DNA from: Podarcis cretensis
Lineage: Eukaryota
Length of the DNA: 64,000 nt
Reading direction: 5' to 3'
Assembly (NCBI GenBank): GCA_951804945.1
Contig: OX638154.1
Coordinates: forward strand, 52,266,001 to 52,330,000
Below, one piece after another: positions 40,426 to 52,937 of the stretch (positions are counted from its first letter, which is position 1; every line of letters begins with the position of its first letter). The position numbers and the translations under genes were made by a program. Under the pieces are notes generated by a model that saw only the letters and a list, made by a program, of their open reading frames with translations, searched no databases and was not told the DNA's origin.

Positions 40426-41016
40426 ATAGCCTGGAGTTCCAGATCCTGGATGTTGGAGGATCAGGACACTGACTGCAGGGGCAAGATGGCTGCATTTGCC
40501 AGTATGTGTACATTATGCTATGGGATTCCTGCGGTGACATTGCCCTCTCTTGTTCCAGAAAAGGGTGTTGCTGCCCCAGGTAAATGGGTTGGACTTCCTT
40601 GCATTAACAGCCTCATACTGGTTGTTGCTGTGGTGATTGTGTTGTATTTCCTATGTCTGATTTTTGTAAACTTCCTTGTAAATACAGAATCCATTACCTC
40701 TTGTTCCGTAATCTGAATCTAATCCAGCACTTGTGGGTGGGCAGAAGCACCTGTATGGTGGTAGGAGTTGCTTTTGTCTAGATAGATCTTGAGCTGGAGT
40801 AGGCAGGTGCTGGATCATCAGCTAGATCTTATGGATTAGAATAGTTTTTATGACGCATGTGAGGCAGGAGGGGACAAACACACGCCTAAGACTCCCTAGT
40901 ATAATGCTACACATGATTAACTATCTCACAACTGCAAGGAAGACTAAGGTTGTGGTAGCAGAGACTGCAATGCAGAGCTACATGGATAAATTATTTTATT
41001 GAAAACTTATCTTTGC

Positions 41017-41022
41017 AATAAA
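41017..41022 (+). terminator. Candidate DMAP1 poly(A) signal AATAAA (alternative: AATACA at 40681-40686)
   Basis: First canonical hexamer I found after the stop; a variant hexamer preceded by TGTA motifs lies about 250 nt after the stop. Confidence 0.45.
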
Positions 41023-44000
41023 AGAGACATACCTCAGGCTGCTTTGAACACTGAAAGTCTTCCACCTTTTGCAGTGCCACCATTGAAGCATGGTCTTTTT
41101 ATGGTCCTAGTTGGGCACTAATTCTCACACCACCATCCCATTCCCACTGGAAGACATGCTTGCTTGTTTCTGTCTTATTCTTACAGAATGTTCTTCTGGA
41201 TGCCCACAAAGTTCCTATTTCCCTCAGTGTTTCATCTAATTATAGAACAGTTGCTTGACTCATGTGCCCTGCATATGAATTAAACAATAGAGTTGAGGAA
41301 AAGAACCCCATACTGTATCTTAGGTGATGCATTCATTCGTTGCAGGAGGTATTTCCTGCTCTGATGAGAGGGGGTCATGCCTCTGCCAAGATGTTGCCTG
41401 CTCTCCATGTATTTTTCTAAGTCCTTATAGTAAAAATAATTTAGATCTTCCGTTTGATTTAAGCAGTGGCACCTTTTTAGTTAAACAAATTTTCAATATC
41501 AATTTAGCGAGCCAATTTAATGCTGCATCCCTAGTTTTCTCATCTCTCTGGTAGGTGAGGTACCCTCCCATATCTGTTAAGAGTAGGCAGAATTATTCTG
41601 TGTTATATTGTGGACATACATACCCATACCGAGTGTCGCGGTGAGTTCTTTGTGCTAACATAAAAAAGTAGTTCTACAGACTCTTTTAACAGGACAATCC
41701 TGTGTGTGTTTACTTGGAAGGAAGTTCCATTTTGTTCAGTGTGTTCACGGTTGCCTTTTCCTGTTGTAGCCTGATGCACGCAGACCAATATCTCTTATAC
41801 CCTCCAGAGGCGACTTGGTGTGTGATAATTGTGTTGATTAGTGACCAATGGAGCAACCAGCTGTAAGCATGCTGGTTTTCCAAGAACCAAGAAGTATCCA
41901 TTTCTCATTGCTAGACTCAGCTTCAGCTGTGAAGGTTTGGTTTGGTAGTGTAGGGTTGAATATTCCAAGTCAGTATAATTAAGCCTGTGTATACAATTGC
42001 AGGAAAGGCTATGTTTTGCTATTAAATATAGAATTCAGCACCAAGAAGGAAGTTTCTAGCCCATAAGCTTTTACAAAGGTCACCTTGAAAGTGTGTGAGT
42101 ATCTCTGGTGAGATCTCTGAAGCCATAGGAGGGCTGAGTAGGACTTCTAGTGATCAGACCGTGGTGTTTTGCATAGCTCTTTACCCTTCCCTAGAGTAGC
42201 AAAATAAATTATGCAAAATGAGCAAATATGTGCACATTTGCATAATGCATACAGGCCATGGAATTCCAGTTTTAATTTTAATTTTGATGGGGTTTTTAGT
42301 GCAGAACACAAAGCCCTAGGTATAACCCTTGCCCTCAGCAGGAAGAAATTGACTGGCTACGTCTAAGACTTCAGTCGCATGTTCTCCAGTGTGTGGCAGG
42401 CAGTGAAGCCAGCGATACCCTCAAGAAGAGCTAACTGTAAGTAACTTTGGTTTCTCCAGTGTAAAAATATTGAGTGCTAGCCTATGAGGTAGCCCTCCAT
42501 TCTGGTCTGGAGTTTCTCCAGCTTACTGACTCTTTTAATGACTGAATTGTGCTCTTCTCCCCCCACCCCCGCCCAGCCCTTTCAGATATTCATCTTCCAT
42601 CAGAAACATGTTGGAAGAAGAGCTATGATACTTTTGGCCTGCTGCTGTCAGACCTAACTCATGCTCTACCTTCCCCTTCCCATTTCAAGTGCAACTGGGA
42701 ATCAATAGTGCATGACAACGCCCTTTGATTTACATTCTTGCTGGCAGAAAGAAAGGTCAAAGGCCAAGTTCTTCGTTTTCATAGAAAACTAATTAGACGA
42801 CTCCATCGACACTGAATCAATAAAACTGATCAGGTGATTACACAGAGGGAGCCATTAAAATCCCTATGACCTTTGATCTCAAGTCCCTAACCTGAGGTGG
42901 GAAAGGCTCAGTTATATTCTCTAGTGCTTGGAGGACAAACCTCTCAAAGTGTGATGGACTGGCCTACAAGGCTTCAGTGGGTGGTGGTGGACACAGGCTT
43001 TGCTGAGTCTGCTGGCTGTATCTAGTATGTTCTCATTTCAACCCCTACTGCATGAATGGTCATGTGGATGGAAAGGCATGGCAGACAGACAAAGGGTTGA
43101 TAAGGCAATTACTTCTGCAGTGGTGCCATAAAGAGAGAGGTGGCCCTAACTGGAACAGACCCCCAAACTTTTCACTGCTACAATGGGAGGGGAAAGAGCA
43201 GAGACCAACACTGAAAGGGGATAGTGATTTATTTGGGGCTTTGTCTGAAGCTACGGAGTCAATTAGTATGTTCTCCAAGCAGCTTGCTTTGTTTTCAATC
43301 TCCCATTTGTCATTGTTGTCTAAATCATAAAAGATTGTTCACACTGGTGCATAAGCCATCTTAGGTCATGTAGCACTAAACAAACATTTGGTAATTATTC
43401 ATTGGCCTTCTGTGTTCAAGTTTATTTGACTTCTATAAAATGAGTCATGATTTTTTTAACATGTAGCTCCAGGCTTTGCTCTGTTTTACATGGTATATTG
43501 TCGTAGCTAACGGAGAGAAAAGGATGGGAAACTATATAAACTTCAACAGGGGCCAGTATCTAGACCCGAGTATTGCCCTCTGTGAGCACCACTTCTACCT
43601 GCAGATTGGGGAGGCTGCATGAGCCAAAGTGTTCTCCTGTGGCCCAAGCAGCCTATGAACTTTGTGTGCTACGCATCCTTGATGGTGCAATGAGCTGAGG
43701 TGATAAGATGTAAATATTTGGCTTCTTCAGGATCCTCCTTTCATTGAGGGGCCCTTCAGTAATGTTAAACAGATGGTATGAAAACATTTTAATGGTGCCC
43801 ACTGATTGGCAGTGGGTGCAAATACCACTTTCAGCAAAACTCAGCTCTATTTGGGAGCTCCAAATCTAAAAGGTGTCAAATACAAGCTCCACTTGCTAAG
43901 GAAGAAGCAGGATTTCTTTAAGGTTCCTGCTTCTTCCTTTGCAGCTGTATTTTTGCCTTACATCACATTATGTCAGGTGTGAGGCAGGTGAGTGTGACTT

Positions 44001-45177
44001 GGACAAAATGGCCCCTGAGGCCTGATTAGGGCTGTGGGCTGGAGGTTTCCCACCCCTGGTGTAGAGCACAGGGCAGGAGGCTAACTATTGTGAAGGAAAG
44101 TATGACCTATTCTCAAGATACTTTCCTGGGGAAGAACTAATAAGGAAGCAGCTTTTGTTTTGGCTACAGATGGGAATATGTGGGTGATTTTCTCTCATGA
44201 AGGTACATGATACTTGTGTCACAAAACAATCCCAGAACGCAAATCCATTTAAGGATGGGAGAAACATCTGTGCAGTTACTGCCAGATTACATGGGCAGTT
44301 GAAGAGGTATTGGGAAAAGGAGTTTACTTAGCAGCATATTTCAGATAAAGCCTCCCCCCGGCCCCACTCCCTTACAGCATACAAGGAGCCAGGTTCCTTT
44401 CCCCCAAACTTTATTCATGTGGCACATTTACAGCAAGGATGGGAATAACGAGCCAATGAGGAGGTCAGGTTGGGTTCAGCTGGAACATCCACACACCATG
44501 CATTATTTACCGGTAAGGCCCAGTGCCTGTATCAGCTCACAGCCTGACTCTTGGTGTGGCTCCCAGGTAGGTGGCAGCTGGAGCCTATCCATCTGGGGAT
44601 CCATTCAGCAAAAGCTAGGGCAGAAGGTTTCAGGAAAATACTGAGCTGGGAGAGGGCGATTCATTCTTTATTTCCGTCTTCCCACACTGGACCAAGGTGA
44701 TGGGAATAGGATAGGAAGAATAGGCCACACCTCTCAAAGCAACAAGTCAGTTGCAGCTGTTGTAGGAGGAGGAGGAAGTCAGGTGAGCAAAGGAGCAGTA
44801 ACAGAGATGTCAGTCAATTTGCAGATCCCTGCTGGGTAATGGGAACACAGCCCCCTGCTGGGCTAGCAGTAATGGGCATGTCCACTGCCTGCAATGGACT
44901 GCATGCTCCATAGGGGGGCCATGCGCAAGTGCAGGGTGGATGCACAGTAGGGTTCCCCATGTTCTGAGGAGGCATGAGCAAGGGATCACAGGGTTCAAGA
45001 AATGCAGGACATGGCGATGAGCATCAGCCAGGATGCTCCTGCCTACGATAACCCCTGCTGAATGGAGCCCCAGGGAGATAGGTGGCTCTTGGTGGGCAGG
45101 GAATACAGGCACTTTACCTTGAACAGAAAGAGCCGAGCTTCCTCAGATCACATACAGAAGGAATCAGAGGGTTAGTG

Positions 45178-45183
45178 TTTATT
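45178..45183 (-). terminator. ERI3 poly(A) signal AATAAA (3' UTR about 45160-45732)
   Basis: TTTATT on +, about 550 nt downstream of the ERI3 stop, followed on the - strand by U/GU-rich sequence. Confidence 0.65.
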
Positions 45184-45732
45184 CAAAACAGAAGGGAAGG
45201 AGCGAAGAAGCCTGCCGAAGGGGGGGGGGCTGTCTGGATGCTGCTCAGTCAATATTTAGCTGACACGCAGGAGACACAGTAACAGATTCACACAGGAAAA
45301 GGGGAGGGGGGCTTGACCGCGGTTGTTGCGATATTGGACTCAAAGTAATAAGGGCGAGTGCCCCAAACATGGCGCCACGGTCTTGCTACAGGCGCAAATA
45401 TGAGCAGAGAGAGAGAGAGAAATGCCAATGGAAATCGGAAGCCAACAAAAGGGAAAACAATCTACGTCTCTAACCATGTGGAGCAAGCGCCCTAGGGGGC
45501 TGCAGGCTGGGCCAGGCCGGGCAGGCAGCCGGCCCCAGAGAGGGAGTCACGTCAGGCCTACACAGAGATTCCAGTTCCATATATACAGCCTCTACTGGCA
45601 GAACAGCAAAACTGACGGAGTCGTGGGGTTGCTCGTTCCTCTGTCCTCTTTCTGTCATTCGAATGCTCCAGCCCATCACGCCCAGGTAGCAGGAGCCGGC
45701 CGCATGCAGCCCTGTCTGGCCGGCCCCAGAGA

Positions 45733-45815
45733 TCAAAAGGGCTTGGAGGTTTGCTTGAAGATGAACCCTCTGTGAGCCAGTGTCTTCATGATGTTGGCAA
45801 TGTTCTTGCAGTCAT
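45733..45815 (-). CDS. ERI3: ERI1 exoribonuclease family member 3, last coding exon ((D)DCKNIANIMKTLAHRGFIFKQTSKPF*)
   Basis: Reverse complement gives a pyrimidine tract and ggcAG|AT GAC TGC AAG...CCC TTT TGA; peptide matches the ERI3 C-terminus; tail-to-tail DMAP1/ERI3 arrangement as I recall it in mammals. Confidence 0.93.
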
Positions 45816-46154
45816 CTGCCGGTCAGAGGAAGAAAGGGCGTGAGAACAGTCATGTTATTCTTATTCTTATTATTTATTTCATTTCTATACCATTTCATAT
45901 TTTAAAGAAAAATCTCAAAGCAGTTTACAGAATATTAAAACATAAATAAAACAATGTTGAATTGGACAGGTACGAAAATTCTTGGAAAAAAAGGATCACA
46001 CACATACCCCATACTTATAGGCAGTGCTTTGCTTCTAGAAAAAAAGCTGCCAGTGTGCCCATAAGCATGCATGCATGCAAACACCTCTATGATTCATGCA
46101 CACCCTAGATGTGCTGTGGTAGTACTGGCAGCATGGAATGTGCTTCTTGTCTCT

Positions 46155-46394
46155 GGGCTCGTCCACACTTCTGCTTGTCCCACCACTTTCCCCTGGGAAA
46201 ACCCGCTCTTTACCACTGAATCGGAGTAAATGCCAGTCAGGATTTTGGCATGTTGATGTTTGCTCTGATTTAGAGGTAAAGAGTGGGTTTTCCTGGGGAA
46301 AGAGGCAAGGCAAATGGAAAGCTGCTCAGAGCTGTGCCTAAAAAGCATGGAACAAGCAGAAAGCCTCTTGGAAAGCTGAAGTGTGGATGAGCCC
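46155..46394. mobile_element. Palindromic MITE, possibly nested in a decayed hAT element (about 46022-46614)
   Basis: TIRs GGGCTCGTCCACACTT / AAGTGTGGATGAGCCC and an inner inverted repeat GGAAAACCCGCTCTTTACC / GGTAAAGAGTGGGTTTTCC. Confidence 0.7.
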
Positions 46395-49300
46395 TTTGTC
46401 TCAGCCCTACTTAAGCTTCCTGACTGTGGCAAGTAGATCTTCACGGTGCATTCTGCCATTTCCAATAAAGTGGGGTATGGTTTAATTCAGTTTTACAGCC
46501 CTCCTCCACCTAGCCTAGACTGCATCCTTTTACTGCTTGGCTGTGCCCCCACCCACATGCATAAGCTCTGGGAGTTTCCAGTAGGTCCCAGCTTTTGAAA
46601 AATGGAAGACCACTGCTTTAGACCAAGGCTGCAATATACCAGCTACTCATTTTTGTATCAATTCAAGTGGAACAACTACTTCCTCTTCGAAACAGGAATA
46701 ATATGGCATGTGGTAATCCTGATATGATATAATTGAGGCTAGGTCTAGCCTCGATTTAGTATTTTAAGGAGATTTTTCATTTCATATCTCATAAAAATAC
46801 ATACAGATAATATGAGAACACAAAACATACATTGCTGGTTTGTATTCTTTAATTTGTTTTATAACATTAGAAATATAGTTAAATAGAAGTTTGGCATTTC
46901 TCACTTCAAAGAGAAATGAACAAGGAGCAGTTTTGTATGACCGTACAGCTTTGGGAGTTACATTGACCACTTGAAAATTGAAAAAAATTAGTTTTGTGAG
47001 CAGGGACACATCCTATTGGGGAAAAAAACACATTCTGTAACACCGGGTGGCCCTGCTGATTTCTAGCGTTGGAGCATGCATATCTTAGTTGCTAGTCTTA
47101 AATGCCAGGTTGACCACAAAAGAAAGAGAACAAACACCATACAATGGTTGCGCTCCACTATAATAACACTAAACCTGTGGAGGGATCTAATAACACTCAT
47201 TAGACGAGGGCCCGGTGGGCAAAATGTCCACATTTCAAATTCTGAGGAAGTGCTATGGGTGCCAGCCACAAAATGGCTGCCGTGGGAGCATGGCCTAACA
47301 CAAAACTAGAGCATAGTTATTGCTGCTTTCCCCCACCCCCAAGACAACCTCAGGTTTTCCATGGGAAGTGAGCTATGTCCTGCTAGCTCTGATATTGACC
47401 CCCTCTCTGTGATACTGTTGCTGTCTAATAACAATAGGGAGCATTCCCCAGTACCAGGAAAAATATACAGGGTGGCCACAACACACTCTTGCACACGCAT
47501 CACATGCACACATTCACCATACACGTACAGACATGCACACATCTCTCATTCACTACATCCACACTTCAAGCGCATCTTTCCCCATCTCTCAGCCCAAATG
47601 CATCTTTCCTTCTCTCCCTCACCACATTCATATATACTCCCATCTCCCCCACACATACACCTCTCCCCAACTGCACCTTTCTCAGTCACACACATGCTTG
47701 AGCAATCCACCCACCCACCCATTCAGAAAAGGCTATCCACAAGCAAAGGGAGTGCCTACCATTTCAATCCCCGCCCAACCTAAATAAAACAAATATTCAC
47801 GGGGGGTCACCAGCCCCACCACCCGCAGGCATCGGGCATTGGGGAAGGAGAAGGAAGGCTTTGTGAGTGCTGTGGGGCCCACAGGGGCCAGGTTGGCAGT
47901 CCCAGCATTAGAACGACTCCATGAATATAGTAAAGACGAAGAAAAGGGCTCAGCTCCATGGACTCAGCTGTGTTACTGTTCTACCAAGATATCTTGAATT
48001 AGGTGTGCAAAAGATTTTGATGATGATTTAAGCAAATTTCCCTGCAAAATGCCCTTTATTTATACAAAATGAAAAATTGCAAATCAACAGAATTTGTTTT
48101 TGGTTTTTTGACAAAACAAAGGGGGCAGGGGTTTGGAGACATGAAAGGAAGCTGTGAAGGGGAAATCCCCCCTCACATTCTCTAAATGTTTGAAATAGAA
48201 GATAAAACTCCTGGCAACACCACTCATCTATTTTTTCATCCTGAAGCATTAACAGAAACTGCTCGCATTTCTTTCTTTTCAAAAACCAACAATGAGGGAT
48301 AGAAACATGCTTTTAAAGTTGCATTTCAGATTTTCTAGATTCTAGATTCTGTATTGCACAACACACTAAATAAAAAGCCTTGATTAGGGCAACAGCTATA
48401 AATGTAGGTTTCCTGCACACTTTTGGTGTGGACTTTCATCACAGGCCCCCACTAGTTCCAGTCCAGCTCTTGCACCTTTCCTCATTTTTTATATTGGAAG
48501 GATGACAGAAGGATGGACCGGTAAGTGGAGCAAGCTCCATTCTCTTCTGAACTAACAGGGAAGCAGGGTTGGGCTGGCTCGCATTATTTACCTGGGACTA
48601 AATGCAAGCAGAGTTTGCTAAAATAGAAGCAAGCCTTAAATTGATTCCTGGTGTCTATATTTCATGTTGAAAATTGGCTTGTAAATCCATGTTTTGATCT
48701 ATGGTGGCCGTCTCCTTAAGAAAAAGCAAGAGTAAATGTGTAATTTCTCCCTTGACAGCACACGATGGCGAGGCGATCCTTCTTCCCGCTCCCCTCCGAC
48801 TCGGGACAGCTCCGCTGCCTCCCATCAGCACTCTTTCTTCCTCGCCCCACGCCTTGATGTCTCCATTTCATTAGTGTGCGCCCATTCATCACGCTGTTAC
48901 CGTAAGGGTGACTTTGCCCACTTGCATGTGGCAGGCAGGGCCTGGATGACATGGGGTGGCGCTGCCACTCTGACGGGGGGAGGGAAGCAGAACACCCACC
49001 CACACCCCTGCTAGTAAATGGATGTTGTGGCAGAAGGACAGCTGCATCATTACTGATGTGTAAATGATAAAGCAGCGCCTCCACACCCGTCTCTTAACTG
49101 TAAATCCAGGGAGTGCTTTATAATCAAGCGGCAGCGATAATAATGTGAAATTAGGTCTCTCTATCAAAGGGGGGAGGCCTTTTAATCACGGCTTAAAGGG
49201 TGCAAGCGCTGTTTATCATAATTGAACTGTATCTGGGCTAATTGTGGCCATATTTCACTGTCTAGGAGACAGGCACACCGACTGAGGAATGAACGCCAGG

Positions 49301-51229
49301 GGCCGAATGGAACAGGAAGCTGCCACCCAACCTGTCTTGGCCCCAAAGTGCAGGAGCTTGAGTATTTGGGGAGGGTGTCAACAGATACACGAAACAGCCC
49401 CCCATCTACCTTCCCCCTGCTTAACCTATTGAATGCTGGTAGCACAACTGGGGGGAAACAGATGGCATTCTACCGTTCAACTGCGTTGGGAGTTTACACA
49501 GCTAGGCTAACAAAACCAATAATTCTTTTATCAAAAGCAACTAGAAGATGAAAATTCTGTGTTTAAAAAAAAAAAAGGAAATCGGCATACACCAAGGTGC
49601 ATAAATTAGTCAGATTGGTAACAGCTGCAAAGAAGCAGCAGAATGACCACAGAAATGGGAGGGGGGCAAGGGATCTTATATAATGAGCAGAGCTTGCCCA
49701 TTTGCAATGCAACCCTTACCATGTCTACTCAGGAGTAAGTCCTGTTGAATTCAGTGAGGCTTACATCTATGTAAGTGGGGATAGGATTGCAGAAAAAAGT
49801 CAGAAGGGCTATGATACCCTTCTGTAAGAGTACCCTAGAGAGTAAGATAGATTGCAATGGAACATGTTATGTGGTGTGTAGCTGCAAGTAGTCAAATAGC
49901 CTACAGCTGAAGCTGTAGACTATTTTTGGCCTCCTCAACACTTAATTTGCTCTGTTTATGAGTTTGAGGCACACCCCAAAAAGAATTGGGTGGGGGAACA
50001 TCCATCAGCTTCACGTCTCACCCACACTCAGCCAGAACACATTCAAAACAGGGATTGGCCATATCTGCAACAAGTCACTACTAGTATCACTTTCACCAAA
50101 CTTACTGATCTTCAATCAGAAGGAAGGGCATAAAGGCATAAAGATAGAAGTTTGGCCATGTGCACACCTGAGCATTAGCTGCTTCCTAGTACAGCTATCT
50201 GGCAAAGTCTCAATGGCTGAAATACAAAGCAAATAGATCCACTTCTAGATGTACAAAATGTCTGATTATCTGCTGGACATTAGTCCCATAACTTCTCTGC
50301 CTTGTACAAAGTCTAATGGCTCGTCAAATCTGTGGTGATGTTCAACATTCTTGCAGTATGTTTTTCTACCTGAAGAGCTCTGATTCCTCTCTGCCCTTGA
50401 AAACATCTCATTGATTTCCAGCTAAAGAAACCTGTGTTTTCAGGAATTGCGGAGGGTATCTCTGAGGGGTTCATATTCTTGGAATCTATGGGGGAAAGCA
50501 GACCACCACCAATGGTCTCTCTTGATATGTGAAAAGATTTTTAAAGGGGCAAAAAACCTTAAACAATGGACCCTGGTAAAAACTTGGTTTACAATTATAG
50601 GCAAAACTGAGGACCCACTATGACTTAGTGGAACAGAAACATGGACCTGGTTCTGTAAACTCCGTATGTTCCATCTTCTCTTGAGAGATCTCCTTAGCTG
50701 ATTCGATAGAAACATCAAGAGTCTCAAGCCTATTGCTTGTCTACAGTGGGACTTCCTCTTTCATACACCCTCTGAAACCTGCTCTTTCATGCCCCTAGTG
50801 CCTGTTGAAGGGGATACTGCAGGCTATCTTTCCAGATGTTCTTTCCTTAACTTCTATAGTTGGCCTAAACTGACCTACACCTGCTCTGCCACTCGTAATT
50901 TCTTCAGTGGGTACACACAATGAAAACATCTGGGGAGGGGGATTCTTGCTTCCAAAGCTCACTGTTTTGGTTGCTCCCCTTTGGACCATCTTCAGTTTAT
51001 ATTGTCTTCTCTCTCTGTATGCCCCTTGACTGAATCCATACTGACCTTTCTACATCAAATGTTGAACTTTGATCCCCACCACCCGACCACTGTCCATACT
51101 GGGGGTTGTCATCCAATACCTGAGCACCCAAGGCAGGAGAAAACACCTGAGGATCCAAGGCAGAGAAAGTCTGCCTTAAGATTCTCTTATCTTAGCTGCA
51201 AACCCTCTTCTGCAATATGGTGATAACTA

Positions 51230-51607
51230 GTAAAGGTAAAGGTAAAGGTAAAGGTACCCCTGCCCGTACGGGCCAGTCTTGCCAGACTCTGGGGTTGTGC
51301 GCCCATCTCACTTAAGAGGCCAGGGGCCAGCGCTGTCCGGAGACACTTCCGGGTCACGTGGCCAGCGTGACATCGCTGCTCTGGCCAGAGCCAGAGCCAG
51401 AGCCGCACACGGAAACGCCGTTTACCTTCCCGCTAGTAAGCGGTCCCTATTTATCTACTTGCACCCAGGGGTGCTTTCGAACTGCTAGGTTGGCAGGCGC
51501 TGGGACCGAACGACGGGAGCGCACCCCGCCGCAGGGATTCGAACCGCCGACCTTTCGATCGGCAAGCCCTAGGCGCTGAGGCTTTTACCCACAGCGCCAC
51601 CTGCGTC
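51230..51607 (-). mobile_element. Sauria SINE, near full length
   Basis: Same family; TSD ATGGTGATAACTA at 51217-51229 and 51608-51620; local (CCAGAG)n expansion. Confidence 0.93.
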
Positions 51608-52937
51608 ATGGTGATAACTATACTGGTCTAATTCATAGGGCTGTTGTAAAGATTATTGAGATACTGTACAGGAAGAGTTCTAAACACCTGGAATACATTA
51701 CCCTATTTACTACAGTAATTATTATACATAGCATCCCAGTACAAGTGGCAGTCTGAATGAGATCACCAAAGATGAGCAATAGACAAATCTCCATACAGAT
51801 TATATTAGGTCTCCAGTAGCTAGAAGCGATCAACTGGAAGTACCCTAATGTGGGTAACGTTCTGCTAGGCATTTCTACTAAAAGATCCAGAATTAATCTG
51901 AATACTCACACATCAAGTTCTTTGATTTCTGACATCATATTGCAACTTGCATGTGTGAAACAGTCATCACAGATTGAATGCTACAGTCAGAGCTTTCGTA
52001 TTGCCCTACATTTCCCATGTAAAAAGTTTTCAATGTAGGCAATTCACAAATTTGCCTGGGAGCAACAGGTCAAGTGAAAAGCTACTACATAACACACATG
52101 TGAAATAAATTTCCATTGCAGGAAGATTCAGGATACTAAGCCAATCACATGACCCAGTGTGACTGTTCTCAATTTCTTGCCATCTGTGGGCTATTCTTTC
52201 TGGGCAAATTTACTCTGGCTATTACCACATCCTGTCCCATTTGGTTGTGTTAGTGCAAAGAAAGCCAAGCTGCCAGCCTTCCCACCCGGGACACTCTTTT
52301 GTGCCCCTCTATCTTAAACCAGACTATGCCAGGTGTGTTTCAGACACTTGGTACAGGTGGCTCCTAACAAGCCATTGCAAAACTCACTTGCCACAAGTCA
52401 TTTAGCAAGACTGACTTCAAATCAGCACGAAGGTAAACACGCTTATTACAATTATCCGTGTACAAAAAAATCAACAACAGCCGAACAACTTTCTAATATG
52501 CAATTACAGCCGCTTATTGATTTTACAATGTAATCCGCTCCGATTGATTTAATAACACAATTATAGGCTGGCTCCCGGGATATTAGTGCGGGAGATTTTC
52601 ATAAACTCCAAAGCAAAAAACTAAGCGGCTTTTAAAACAACACCGTCAGATGGCTGTTTAGGGAATTATTAGCCATATGAAATCTCCTAAATCTCCTCGT
52701 TGTTACCTTGAAAGAGTATTTTCTACAAAAATGGCAACTAAGAATAGGAGGCTTTGCTGACACTCAATCCATTTCAAGGGTAGACACAGATGCCAGGCTG
52801 TCCACATTTGGACCAGCTCTTCAATGCAGGGAAAGCCACACAATTTGACCCTCTTGTGTCTAGCTGTGCCATCCCTGCACTATAGCCAGACCTGGTTCAG
52901 TTTGCTCTTGCACGGTATATTGTCTCACCCCAATTTG

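Noticed and set aside
47361-47787. His/Thr/Pro-rich ORFs
   Set aside because: They arise from CA/CT-rich low-complexity sequence, possibly inside a decayed DNA transposon.
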